From Azolla caroliniana (lineage: Eukaryota > Plantae > Polypodiophyta), in the NCBI GenBank assembly GCA_043228905.1, contig JBHGNT010000020.1, forward strand, positions 14,570,001-14,634,000: a DNA stretch of 64,000 bases, read 5' to 3'. The notes beneath the pieces are model-generated. The model made no database searches and was not told where the DNA came from. It was given only the letters and a program-made list of their open reading frames with translations. This document shows positions 35,909 through 48,540 of the stretch, piece after piece (the stretch's first letter is position 1; each line of letters begins with the position of its first letter). A program made the translations under genes and the position numbers.

Positions 35909-38900
35909 TCTCTCTCCTCCACATTAGCGAGAAGACCTTCCTCCGTAGATGGCTTAGAATAGTGTTATGTCCCAAATATACGTTTAGACTTCATACACAC
36001 AAAGAACAAGCACACTACAAAATGCTCTTGTGTTATATACAAATGCAAATATTACAAAGAGTACCAGGAATTAGGGCAAAACCAAATTGTGAGTTGGGAC
36101 GAGTCGAGACAATTCCACAATGATACGAGGAGAGAGGGCAACATCAACCTCAGATAGTGAGAATAAGCAATCCATTCCGACTACCGTTAGTGAGAATGAC
36201 ATATAACGTTAGGCTAATCTAAATATATCAATCTTATCAAAGGACGATCTGGACGCCCATTGTTCTTCTAAGACATAGTCTCATGAAATAGCCATTGATA
36301 AACAATATTAGGTTTTCTTAATAATTTCATCCTTCTATAATGTATTTGCTGCCATCTGGAAGGATTTGCTCCACAAAAATTGTTCAACAATGGATCTCAT
36401 TTATCTCGAAATATCAAGTGTTAGATAAGAATTTAATGTACCGAGCGTATTAAAGAATCTGAATAGAAGAAAAAGGTGAGGTTTGTGGGTCAAAGGATAA
36501 GTCAAAGACATCAGGGCATATAATCTGTGGACCTTACTATGGTCTTTGGAATTGTGACATGCATTTCTTTCACTTTGCGTACAATGAGTAGCTGAAGTTA
36601 AAAGCTCATTTATCTCAAAATATCAAGAGTTAGATCAAAACTTATTGTACGGAGCGTACTAAAGAGTCTGAGTAGACTAAAAAGGTGAGGTTTAAAGAGT
36701 CTGAGTAGACTAAAAAGGTGAGGTTTGTGGGTAAAAAGAGAAGTCATGGACATCAGGGCGTACAATATGTGGACCTTACTTTGGTCTATAGAATTTGTTT
36801 CCTTCTGCATATCAGTAGCTGACGTTAAAAGGTCCCTCTCTAAGTGAAGAAACAAAGGCGCAGTGATAATCTCTTTTAGGACGTGATATCAGCAGCTGCC
36901 CCATAATAATACGTAATTGTGGCAAACTTAATTCAAATTTCTTCTTCTTCTTCTCGTTTAGTAATTATCGACCATGGCAATGTCTGTGCTTGCTGGATGG
37001 ATTAATGTCGCTGTTTTGTTCATTAATGTCATTACAATTAGCCCCATCTACGACCTCATCCTCCTCCGCACTCTGGCTCAAGGAACATGTGGGTATTTCT
37101 ATATTCATGCAGCCATTCATAGATTTATCATTCATTCATAGATTAACGAACTATTGATAGATTTATCATTAATGTTTGTACTGCAGCGGAGTTCCGTAGT
37201 ATAGATTGTGGATCATCCGACAAGTCCAACTACGCCAACTCATTGACAGGGATGAGCCTCACATGGACGCCTGACACCACAATTTGGCCGGACATTGGGA
37301 AGTGGTCAGACACCATTGATAACATGAACCTGCCCACCAACATGACGGATGAGAAGCATTACTCCACTCTACTAGTGGTAAGGCCCTGAACCAGAGCAAG
37401 TTCTGCTACACCCTGTCCGCCATAGCCGGCAACTACTACCTGATACGTGCCTCGTTCTGGTACGGCCTTCTGTCAACGCATTACGAGACGCGTGTGAACA
37501 ATCAAATCAGCTTTCAAGTGATTGTCGACAACTATGAAGGAGTGGAGATCGTAATTGGGATACCTTAGAGTTATCAATGGTTTGAAGAGATGTACATTCG
37601 TGCACAAAGCTCTTTCGTGTCGGTGTGTCTGTCAGCAGCATCTGACAGGAGCGATGCACCATTCATAAACTCACTGGAGTTGCGTCCCCTCTCTCCAAAA
37701 ATGTTATCAGTGGCCATGATCAGCAACACCAACCAAGCGATGTGGACAGTGTTTCGAGAAGACAACGGCACATTGTCGAATGACCCACCAATCCTAAGGT
37801 CGGTACTTCTTTTATATTATAGACACATGAACTAGAATGCTAATGACGCTAGTGTGGAGGTTTGATGCTATACAATTTATTTCATGGGGTCGGTGCAGGT
37901 ATCCAGATGACACCATTGATAGGTTCTGGTGGAGATCTACAGACGATACGATGAATGTGATGCAGACTACTCAGAATGTGCTTGTGGACCACATGCGTGA
38001 GTATCCTCCAATGGCCGTAATGCAGACCAGTTTCATTGGAACTGATATCACCGTGGACTTAACAGAAGTAGACGATGTGTTGAATACAAGTACAATGGCA
38101 GGCAGCCACAAGTACTTCGTGGCATTGTTCTACGCTGAGATCGATCCACGCATCAACGCTTCTGGACAACGAGTGTTCGACGTCACTGTCAATGGGGATC
38201 CGTTTCCGGAAGGCATGGACATCTACGCCATGACTCCAGGCCTGTATAATGGGCTTGAACACTACAGCAGCAAACCGTTGGGGCCGTACTCAGACACCAT
38301 CAGAATTGAGGCTACAGCCAAATCGAAGTCTTGCAGCTGTTTGACAACCCCATGAATGCCACCACTCCCACCTCCTCGGATGATGGTATTTGCTATGCAT
38401 ATTTGCAATTCCACTCCACACAGGCACACAGATCATTCCTCTACATTATTCAACGTCTACATGTTTGTTTGATTAAATTGAAACAGTTTTGGCTCAACAA
38501 GATTTATTCGCAACATGTTTTGGCTCTACATTGGGAAGTTTTCTCGGGGACCCATGCTTACCTCAAGGATATAAGTATTTGTGGATCGAATGTGATTATT
38601 CAAACCCACAAAAACCGGCTAGAGTAACATCAATGTGTGTAGCTTGATTTTACAATTTCTTGTCTCTCTGTGAAGCTCATTGTGGCATTGTTTCATATTC
38701 ATGCAGACAGTTATCTAACCATAGTCTGGTGGGGAATCTTCCATCGAGCATCAGTAAACTGGATCAGCTTGTCACCTTGTAAGTAGATCTCTTTTGATCC
38801 AGTACCGTCTAAAAGTGATAAATTATACTACAATTTACTGTGATAATTGTTCATCATATTTATGCAGTCTTTTTTATGATTTACGGACTATCCAAAGTAA

Positions 38901-40236
38901 TTACTACTAGTATGTATACATAAATAAAATTAAACAGAAGATATTTTAACACAAGTTTGCAAAACTTCTGTTTGCTTTTATTTATGTAAAGTCATGGCTC
39001 ACTAACTTGCATATGATCATGACACCTTTAATAATGTGTAGGGATCTAAGCAATAACAGTTTGAGCGGTCCAATCCCTGGCTCACTTTCAAATTTGCCCA
39101 AATTAGCATTTCTGTAAGTATCCCGACATCCAATCTATTTTCTCACCTAAATGTGTGTCACAAGTTACTTTCCTTCAGATACTTCAAATTTTCTGCTATG
39201 GCGAAATTGTTTTCAAAATGCTTTATTGTTTTGATCTGATTTTTTAGTAACTTAGCGAACAACAACTTTAGTGGGACAGTACCAGAAACGCTCCTAGTAA
39301 AACAATCATCAGGAGTACTCCACCTCAGGTGTGCTACCAAGTTTTTAAATAAACGTGAGCCGAAATTAACATTACTTATGTGAAGGGAGAATGTTTAATT
39401 CAGAAGTATGCAAGTAAATTTACAATTGTGACAATCTAATTCTGCACGGTAATATGATATGTCATATTGGATTTGATGGCGATCTTAAGTTTCTAGTGAT
39501 ATGAGTCCTTACATGATTGAGAACCACAGAATGTGAGGGCAAGCTTTCGAAGCTGCAATTTCATTTGGGGGCCCAGGGAATGATGGCCGGGTTTCTCAGT
39601 AGTTATGCAAGTAATTATGCATTTAATCATCTACATCTTTTACAGATTTACACCATCGCTTTTTATGGCTGATTAACCATCATGAACAGAACAGTGTATT
39701 ACAACCACGGATATAATACATGGTTACACAATCATGTGCTTCATACACACAATAGATGAGTATAATATATGTTATAAACCATCCTGAATACACCTGAATT
39801 CATGTAAAATATATATTAGGAAAATATATTACATAATGTGTTTATATAAAGTTCATACCTTAGTTATAAACACAGTAAAGAAAGTTGTGAATTTGTGGTC
39901 TGAAATGTGTTTTATTATATTAGATTGAAATCATCATAATTAGAAAAGAATGCATGAGAAGTACTTTTATGTTTTTGATTTCTAATTATGACGGGAATAG
40001 CTTTCTATGTGCTACAAGCAGTGCTACTTGCGGGAGTTCCCCATCATCATCAAAACACAAAAAACTTATGATCGGTTTCATTACTGGTGGAGTACTATTA
40101 TTGATTATCGTGATATCAGCAATTCTATGTTTCTTCTGTTGGGGGAAGACTCCAGCAAATCACAATATATAGATGAAATAAAACTAGTACAACCTCAAAC
40201 TCCCACCCATCCTACACCTTATCAGCACCGACATCC

Positions 40237-40469
40237 TTCTGGTATGTTATTTAATTATCCTTAATAATATGAAATTCTTCGTTTACAATGGTTCCAAAGA
40301 ATTGTAGCATTCAATTCTGGTATGTTATTTAATTATCCTTAATAATATGAAATTCTTCGTTAACAATGGTTCCAAAGAATTGTAGCATTCAATTCTGGTA
40401 TGTTATTTAATTATCCTTAATAATATGAAATTCTTCGTTAACAATGGTTTCAAAGAATTGTAGCATTCA
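40237..40469 (+). repeat. 3 x 78-bp tandem repeat that triplicates an exon/intron donor junction
   Basis: TTCTG|GTATGTTATTTAATTATCC...TAGCATTCAA at 40237, 40315 and 40393. Confidence 0.92.
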
Positions 40470-41859
40470 ACTTTTGGACAGATGATAACATCATTTTATT
40501 TTGTCTCTAGTGAATATTAATACAGAAGAACTAAATAATGCTACTAAAGTGGCGCAACCATTCACTTTTCAAGTGATCCAAATTGCAACGAATAATTTCT
40601 CAAAAGTCCTTGGTGAAGGTGGGTTTGGTCCGGTATACAAGGGAAATCTTCCAAATAGTTTAGAAGTCGCTGTAAAAATATTATCAAGCACCTCAACGCA
40701 AGGACCACAACAATTTCTTAATGAGGTTTTTGATTTCTCTACATTTACACCAAATATTTACTTTGTTCCCGAGATGGAAACTTAAGAGAATGATCCATTT
40801 ACTTTTATTCAAGTTTTAGTGAGGAATTTAATTTAATAGAGTGAGAAACTTAAATCAATAGAGAGATCAAATTCATTTGTATTAGTGATGCCTATACATT
40901 GGATCACTAAATAAAGATCATGTCAATATATTGCATTTTATGTTAGGCTTAGTAATATATTGCATTTTATGATAGGCTTAGTGTTTTGGTATACTAACTT
41001 TGTCTTTGGAATAACATGTCACTCTCCTCATAATTTTGCAATACTAACATTTCCTTTGGAATTGTAGGTCACTCTTCTCTCTCGTGTCCATCACAAAAAC
41101 CTTGTTGGATTTGCGGGCTATTGTACTGAGAAATCCCTAGTCTTGGTTTATGAATTTATGCCGAATGGTTCATTACATGATGCCCTATCGAGTAAGATAA
41201 TCTATATGTAATTTTGATTTGCCCACAATTGTTCCCAATTGTAAAGTTACTCCTTTGTTCCTAAAAGAGTCCCAATTGTAAATCGATTTGTACAATTGAA
41301 GAAACTATAAAAACTTTTTATCCCAAAATGTACTGTAATTATTCACTTTAAGGGTGACTTCACATTTAAAAGTGTTTGTTTCTTTATTCATTCCAAAAGG
41401 AAGAAAAGCAACACAAACTCTAACATGGCTTGAGAGATTACAAATTTTATCTGATGTTGGACAAGGTAAGTAAATTTCCATATTCCATAATTTTTATACC
41501 ATAATTTCACATTTTGTGCTGTAATGATGACTTTTATTATTATTATCTAGGGCTTGCGTATCTACACCATGGATGTAACATTATTCATAGAGATGTGAAG
41601 AGTAGCAATATTTTATTATCTAAAAATTTGGAAGGGAAGATGTCCGACTTTGGAATATCTAAACTAAAGCCCCTTGAGTCAGATAACCTAACAACAAGGC
41701 TAGTTGGTACTTTTGGATACCTAGATCCACAGTAAGTCTTTTGAGCTTATAATCATCTTAAGGCAAAAAAATTTAGTATTTTTTACGATAAAACATATGC
41801 TCCATTGGTATTAATAAAAAGCCCGGAGGCAGTATACAAATAGTACATAATATTGTTTC

Positions 41860-42160
41860 ATCTCCACCAGTATATCTGAACTGATTCTAGCATTTGTAAA
41901 AACTGTTGGTAAAAAAAACAGCCATAAAACACAGCATTGATTCCAGTGATCTGCTGCAGAAAACAAAATTTCGGGCTCTTAGAACAGAACGCCATAGAAA
42001 ACTTATATTTCACATGATATTCCATGTCCTCCGTCTTTCCAATCATATGTGTCAGGTGTGGAGCTGTAAGAAGATTCACCATCCCAACAGAAACAGTTGC
42101 AAACAGATCTGAACTAATTCCTGCATTTGTAAAAACTGTTGGGGAGAAAAAAACAGACCA
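41860..42160 (-). pseudogene. Captured MFS sugar-porter exon fragments (duplicated) within the L1 3' tail
   Basis: FFSPTVFTNAGISSDLFATVSVGMVNLLTA, then after a TTTTCTGCAG acceptor-like site QITGINAVFYG..FF.PTVFTNARISSD. QQxxGINAV is the sugar-porter TM7 signature. Confidence 0.7.
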
Positions 42161-42225
42161 TGAAAATGAAATGTACTATACTAATCTCCACCCCTCACCC
42201 CATTTGCTTCGATCCCCACAACTTA

Positions 42226-45200
42226 TTCACTCTCCCTTCATGATGTGCTTCGGCACCCTCACCATCATCACTCCTAAAAACAACCAAATTGCTTCATTCA
42301 ATCCACCTCCACCATGTCACCGAATGCCAGCAATGTCCTGTGGAATTAACAACAAAATAAGTAAAAAAATTCGTCATCCCCTCATGAGCTGCTTCAATCC
42401 CCCCCACCATCATCACTCCTAAAACAGACACATTGCTTCCTTTAGTACACATCCACCATCTCGCCGAATACCACCAATGTCCTATGCAATGAATCAACAA
42501 AAATGAGAAATTGTTCCTCATCCCCTCATGATTTGCTTCGTTCCCCCGCACCATCTGTCGGGAACTTGTCGTTCCTTATGTCCAACGCTCGGCCACAACC
42601 GAGATTCTTTTCATACACAGAAAACGGGAAATAGAACACGACACAAAGAGGAGAAATGGTACACAGGAGGTTAACGTGGAAAACCCCAAACCAGGGGAAA
42701 AAACCACGGCAGCCCACAGGCTGCAAACTGTCACTATGTAGGAATATACAACAGTGAGTTCACTGAGCCAACGACCTCGTGCTCACAGATCTTCGCCACA
42801 GGCAGCGGTTACAACAGAGGCAACGACCTCGTCTCTCTCTCTCTCTCTGTGTACAGTTACGCACTCTCTCTTCTTCTTGCACCAACAAGGAAGAATAACA
42901 ACAACTAAAAGTTTGCCCTAAGTCATATTTATACTAATATGACTTTTCGGCTATTTACAAATATAGCCTCGATGGGCTCTCAGAAACATATTTAGGAATA
43001 TGTCTCTTCCTCCGGTTCATACCGGGCCTGCACCATCCGGCTCTCCATAGCCGAGTACTCCTCATCCGGTTCATACCGGGCCTGCACCATCCGGCTCTCC
43101 GTAGCCGGGTACTCCTCATCCGGTTCATACCGGGCCTGCACCATCCGGCTCTCCGTAGCCGGGTACTCCTCATCCGGTTCATACCGGGCCTGCACCATCC
43201 GGAGGGACCTGTTTCCCAACAAACTCCCCCTTCACTCCGGCATGGGGTGTATTACCAACGCGATCTTCTTCCGGCATGCGTCCAGCTTGTCGGGTGTCAG
43301 CACTTTGGTCAGCATATCTGACCCGTTCTCGGCCGTGTGGATCTTCGTCAGTGCGAACTCCTGGTCATCTACTCTTTCCCGGATCCAATGATACCTCCGC
43401 TGGATATGCTTCGTCCGGGAATGGTAGGCCGCATTCTTAGCAAGGTGGATGGCACTTTGACTATCGCAATAGAGTCGGTATTCCTCTTGCCGGATACCGA
43501 GCTCTCCGATGAAGTCCTTCATCCATAATATTTCCTTGCCGGCTTCCACAACCGCCATGTACTCCGCCTCTGTGGTTGACAATGCAACCGTCTTCTGCAG
43601 CCTCGACTGCCACGAAACCGCTCCCCCTGCATATGTCATCACATACCCGGATGTAGACCGGCTGGTATCCACATCAGCCAACATGTCCGAATCGGTGAAA
43701 CCGTCTAGTTGATGTTTTCCGGAGTTGAATCAGAGACACATATTTGAAGTGCCCTTCAAATACCGGAGTATCCATTTGACCGCGTTCCAATGCTCCTTGC
43801 CGGGATTACTCATGAACCAGCTCACCACTCCGACTACGTATCCTATATCCGGTTGGGTACACACCATAACGTACATCAAGCTCCCGACGACAGAGGCATA
43901 TGGAATCTTTATCATATCCGCCTTCTCTGCTTTCGTGTTGGGGCTTTGCTTGCCGGATAGCCTGCAGTTTGCCAGAAGTGTCGATCCGACCGGTTTCGCT
44001 TCTGACATGTTGAACCGGTGAAGCCCCTTTGTCACATACTTCTCCTGTGACAGCCATAGTTGCTTCTTTAACCGGTCCCGAATGATGTGCATCCCCAACA
44101 TCTGTCTTGCCGGACCCAAGTCTTTCATTGAGAAGGTCCGGTTGAGAGCCTTCTTCAGCATCCGTATTTTGACTTGGTCACGTCCGACGATCAACATGTC
44201 ATCCACGTATAGGAGGAGTATCAGGAAGTCCCCTCCTTCGAACCTCTTCACAAACACGCAGTGATCGGCCTGTGTCTTGTGGTACCCTTGATCGGTCATG
44301 AAGGAGTCGAACTTCCGGTACCATTGCCGGGGAGCCTGCTTCAGTCCGTACAGGCTCTTCTACGACCGGCATACCAGGTGCTCCTTCCCTTTCTCCACAA
44401 ATCCTTCCGGTTGCTGCATGTAGATCTCCTCTTCGAGGTCACCGTGAAGGAATGTCGTCTTCACGTCCAGCTGCTCTAGCTCGAGGTCCATGCTTGCTGC
44501 TATACTCAACACCGTCCGGATGGAGGTCATCTTTACTACCGGGGCAAATATCTCGTCGAAGTCCACTCCGTTCTTCTGCTGGAACCCCTTCACCACGATC
44601 CTGGCTTTGTATCTCGGGGGGTTGCCGGCATCTCCCGGTTTCAACTTGTACACCCACTTATTTCGGAGTGCCCGCTGGCCTTTCGGCAACTCCACTAATT
44701 TGTATGTATGGTTCTCATGCAGGGAATCCATCTCGTCCTGCATGGCACTTAACCATTTTTGTCTGTGGGTGTCATCCCTCGCTTCTTCGAAGCTTTCCGG
44801 CTCTCCCTCATCGGTCAGCAGCACATGCTCTGCATCCGGAAATCTCTGGGGCGCCCTTCTCTCTCTGAGAGGATATCTACGTCTTCGGGCTTCGGTAACC
44901 GTCTCCTCCATTTGCTCTTCGTCCGAATCCGATTCGGAGTCTTGGCCGGTTCCGGTCTCAGCTTCCTCTACTTCTTCTTTTGCCGGTTCGGTATCCTCAC
45001 CGTAACCGGCTGGTTCCTCGAGTGCTAACTGGTCTCTTGCCGGCTGGGTCTGCTCATCGTAGAGTCTATCCTTACCGGTCGACTCGGAGTTCATTATCTT
45101 CTTCTTCGACTCCCAATCGGCGAGCGTCTTGTCCTCCATGAAGATAATATCTCGACTCCGGAACACCTTCTTGTCGACTGGGTCGCACACTCGGTAACCG

Positions 45201-48200
45201 AACTCATCGTCACCGTAACCGAGCAATATGCATGGCCGGGTCTTTGGATCTAGCTTTCCTCTCTGGTCCTTAGCTACATGCACGTACGCGAGACACCCGA
45301 ACACCTTCAGATGCCGGTAGGATACTTCCTTACCGGTCCACACTCTCTGTGGCGTGTCTCCGTCCAAGGGTACTGAGGGTGATCTATTTATCACGTATGT
45401 TGCCGTCGACAGTGCCTCAGCCCAAAACTTCTTGGGTAGTTTTGCATACGCTAGCATACTCCGGACCCTCTCCATTATGGTCCGGTTCATCCTCTCGGCC
45501 AGTCCGTTTAGTTCCGGCGTCTTCGGCACGGTAAATTCGAGCCGGATTTCCTTCGAGCGGCAGTACTCCTCGAACTGCCCCCGGTACTCTCCTCCGTTAT
45601 CTGCTCGAACCGGCATGTGACTTCGTGTCTACCTGACACACATCCGTATGCACCAACTCCAGTGGTGCATTACGTCTCATCGGTGGCCTTGGTCGGAAGG
45701 AGGTCCGGTTCTGCTTACCGGCCAGACAATCAGTGCACTTCTCTAAGTGCACGTTTTTCACTGGAATGAGGTTGTCGTCTGCAAGCCTCTTCATCCCCTT
45801 CTTGCTCATATGACACAGCCTCTTGTGCGACAGCTCACCGGTAGTGTCGGATGCTAGGTTCACTTCTTCCGGACATAACCGGGCATTCATAAGGTACAAC
45901 GTGTTGACCTTCCGGGCCCGAGCCACAATCAGGCTCCCTTTGCTTAACTTCATGACACCGTTCCGGATGCTACCCGTGTAGCCTTCATCATCTAGCCGAC
46001 CGGCTGATATCAGGTTCAGACGAACTTCCGGAACGTGTCGGACATCCTTCAGCAGCAACTTGCATCCAGTTGGTGTTGTTAGCCACACGTCTCCTATGCC
46101 GATAATTCGGCATGTACCTTCATTCCCCATCCGGACACAGCCGTGGCCACCGGCTGAGTAGGATGAGAAGCATTTCCGGTCCGGGGTAAGGTGGAACGAC
46201 GCTCCGGAGTCTACCACCCAGGTCATCTCGTCACCGGCAAGGTTTATTTCACTCTCCTCGGTGATGAGCATCAACTCCTCTTCACTTGCCGCGATTGCCG
46301 TCGTTCCCTTTCGGTCCGGCCCCCTCCGGTCTTTACCGTTCCGGTCCGGGGTTTGCTTCGAATCGGTACCGTCGGTTTCCTTGTCTTTACGGAAATGCCG
46401 ACAATTCTTTTGGAAGTGTCCCGGCTTGCCGCAATAGAAGCAAGTAGGCCTCCCCCTTGACTTTGACCGTGTCCCCGACTTCTCCCGGTTCTGGGGACTA
46501 CGGTTTCTATGTCTTCCGCGTTCCGATTCGGTAAGAAGCGCTTTGGAGTCGGAGCTCGTATCTTTGTCTTTCCGACGCGCTTTCTTATCTAGCAAGCTCG
46601 ACTTTACTCTTGCTAGGGATAACCGTTTTCCTTCCGGCCCGGCGTTGCCCAAAGTGACAACCAACGTCTCCCAGCTATCCGGGAGGGAACCGAGCAGGAG
46701 TAGCGCTAATACCTCATTGGCAAGAGGTACTTCCAATGACGTTGCTTGGTGTATCAGCCCCTGGAAGGCATTCATATGCTCCGCCATGCTGCAGCCATCT
46801 TGGTACCGGAGTCTTACTAGCTTCCGGAATACCGAAACCTGATTAACAGCATTTTTGTTTTGAAACATTATGTCGATCTTCTCCCAGAGCTCATGAGTCT
46901 TGCTCTCTTCATTGAAGTTGTTGTACAGGCTCATGTCGATGAGGCACCGTATGTACACCGTTGTCTTCATGTGCATCACCTCCCATATCGCGGCGTCGAT
47001 TTTGTCCGGTCTCTTGTCCCCGAACTGAACCGGCAGCCAGAGGTCTTAAACAACGAGCATGTCCCTCATCTTCGACTTCCATACTGAATAGTTGGAGCCG
47101 GTGAGCTTGAACATGCCGCCAAATGATTCGTCCATTTTCTGTGTCGATTTCGCTATGATACCACTAGACGGGAACTTGTCGTTCCTTATGTCCAACGCTC
47201 GGCCACAACAGAGATTCTTTTCATACACAGAAAACGGGAAATAGAACACGACACAAAGAGGAGAAATGGTACACAGGAGGTTAACGTGGAAAACCCCAAA
47301 CCAGGGGAAAAAACTATGGCAGCCCACAAGCTGCAAACTATCACTATGTAGGAATATACAACAGTGAGTTCACTGAGCCAACGACCTCGTGCTCACAAAT
47401 CTTCGCCACAGGCGGCGGTTACAACAGAGGCAACGACCTCGTCTCTCTCTCTCTCTTTGTACAATTACGCACTCTCTCTTCTTCTTGCACCAACAAGGAA
47501 GAATAACAACAACAACTAAAAGTTTGCCCTAAGTCATATTTATACTAATATGACTTTTTGGCTATTTACAAATATAGCCTCGATGGGCTCTCAGAAACAT
47601 ATTTAGGAATATGTCTCTTCCTCCGGTTCATACCGGGCCTGCACCATCCGGCTCTCCGTAGCCGAGTACTCCTCATCCGGTTCATACCGGGCCTGCACCA
47701 TCCGGCTCTCCGTAGCCGGGTACTCCTCATCCGGTTCATACCGGGCCTGCACCATCCGGAGGGACCTGTTTCCCAACACCATCGTCACTCCTAAAAACAG
47801 AGAAATTGCTTCAATCAAACCACATCCACCATCTCGTCGAATACCAGCTCTGACCTATACAAATAACAACAAAAACAAGTGAATAATGGTTCCTCATCCC
47901 CTCATGATTTGCTTCTGTCCCCCCCACCATCATCACTCCTAAAAACAAACAAATTGCTTCAATCAATCCACATCCACCATCTCACCGAGTACCGCCAATA
48001 TCGTGTGCAATTAACAACAAAATAAGTGAACAATGATTCCTCTCCCCTCCTGATCTGCTTCAGCCCTCGCACCAACACCACTCATCCTCACACCATGACA
48101 AAGTTGCTTCAAATCCCACTGCCATCATCCCGCAACCTATGAGAACCATAATATCTGTCTTAAGTCAGCCCATATCTGGGGTATCTTGCTTCCCCTATTC

Positions 48201-48540
48201 CATCTCACCGATTAACGCGGCCCTGTAATCACAACAAAAAATGAGCGAAAACCATTCCTTGCCTTCTCATAATAATCTGCTTCAGCCCCCACTCCAACAT
48301 CACTCATCCTAACCACAAAAAACAGAAAAACGGCTTCGTTATGTCCCCATCTACCATCTCGCTATCTTCGATTTGACAATCCTATTACACTAACAACCAA
48401 CAAACGAGTAGAAAACAAACAGAAATCCTCACCTTGTCCTAGTAATCTTCGACAACCCCCACCAACATCAGTCATCCTAATCACAAAACAAGTTAAACCT
48501 ATTTCAACCTGTCCACATCCACCATGTCGTTGTCATTGAG
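42226..48540. repeat. ~145-bp tandem array in the L1 3' tail, split by a Copia insertion
   Basis: Unit ACCATCATCACTCCTAAAAAC...TTGCTTC...CCACCATCTC...AACAACAAAA...CATCCCCTCATGA at ~42261, 42406, 42550/47779, 47926 and 48071, with degenerate units at ~48293 and ~48461. Confidence 0.85.
42556..47778 (-). mobile_element. Ty1/Copia nested in the L1 tail (same pol lineage, different gag)
   Basis: TSD CCATC. LTRs 42556-43221 and 47166-47778 differ by one 54-bp repeat unit (3.5 vs 2.5 copies). PBS at ~47152-47163. A ~150-bp deletion lies in the integrase at ~45610; frameshifts are present. Confidence 0.95.

Larger units (their letters stand above)
35160..36950 (+). repeat. Three copies of a ~220-bp upstream (promoter-like) module of RLK copy 2
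   Basis: CTCATTTATCTC.AAATAT.AAG.GTTAGAT...AAAAAGGTGAGG...GTACAAT.TGTGGAC at ~35165, ~36395 and ~36605. A single homologue lies at ~20030-20290 before copy 1. Confidence 0.75.

Noticed and set aside
35963-36208. Possible solo LTR (TGTTATGTC...GACATATAAC)
   Set aside because: No terminal CA, no convincing TSD and no second copy in the window.
42955-43222. Repeat peptides (MVQARYEPDEEY)n
   Set aside because: Translation of the 54-bp LTR tandem repeat.
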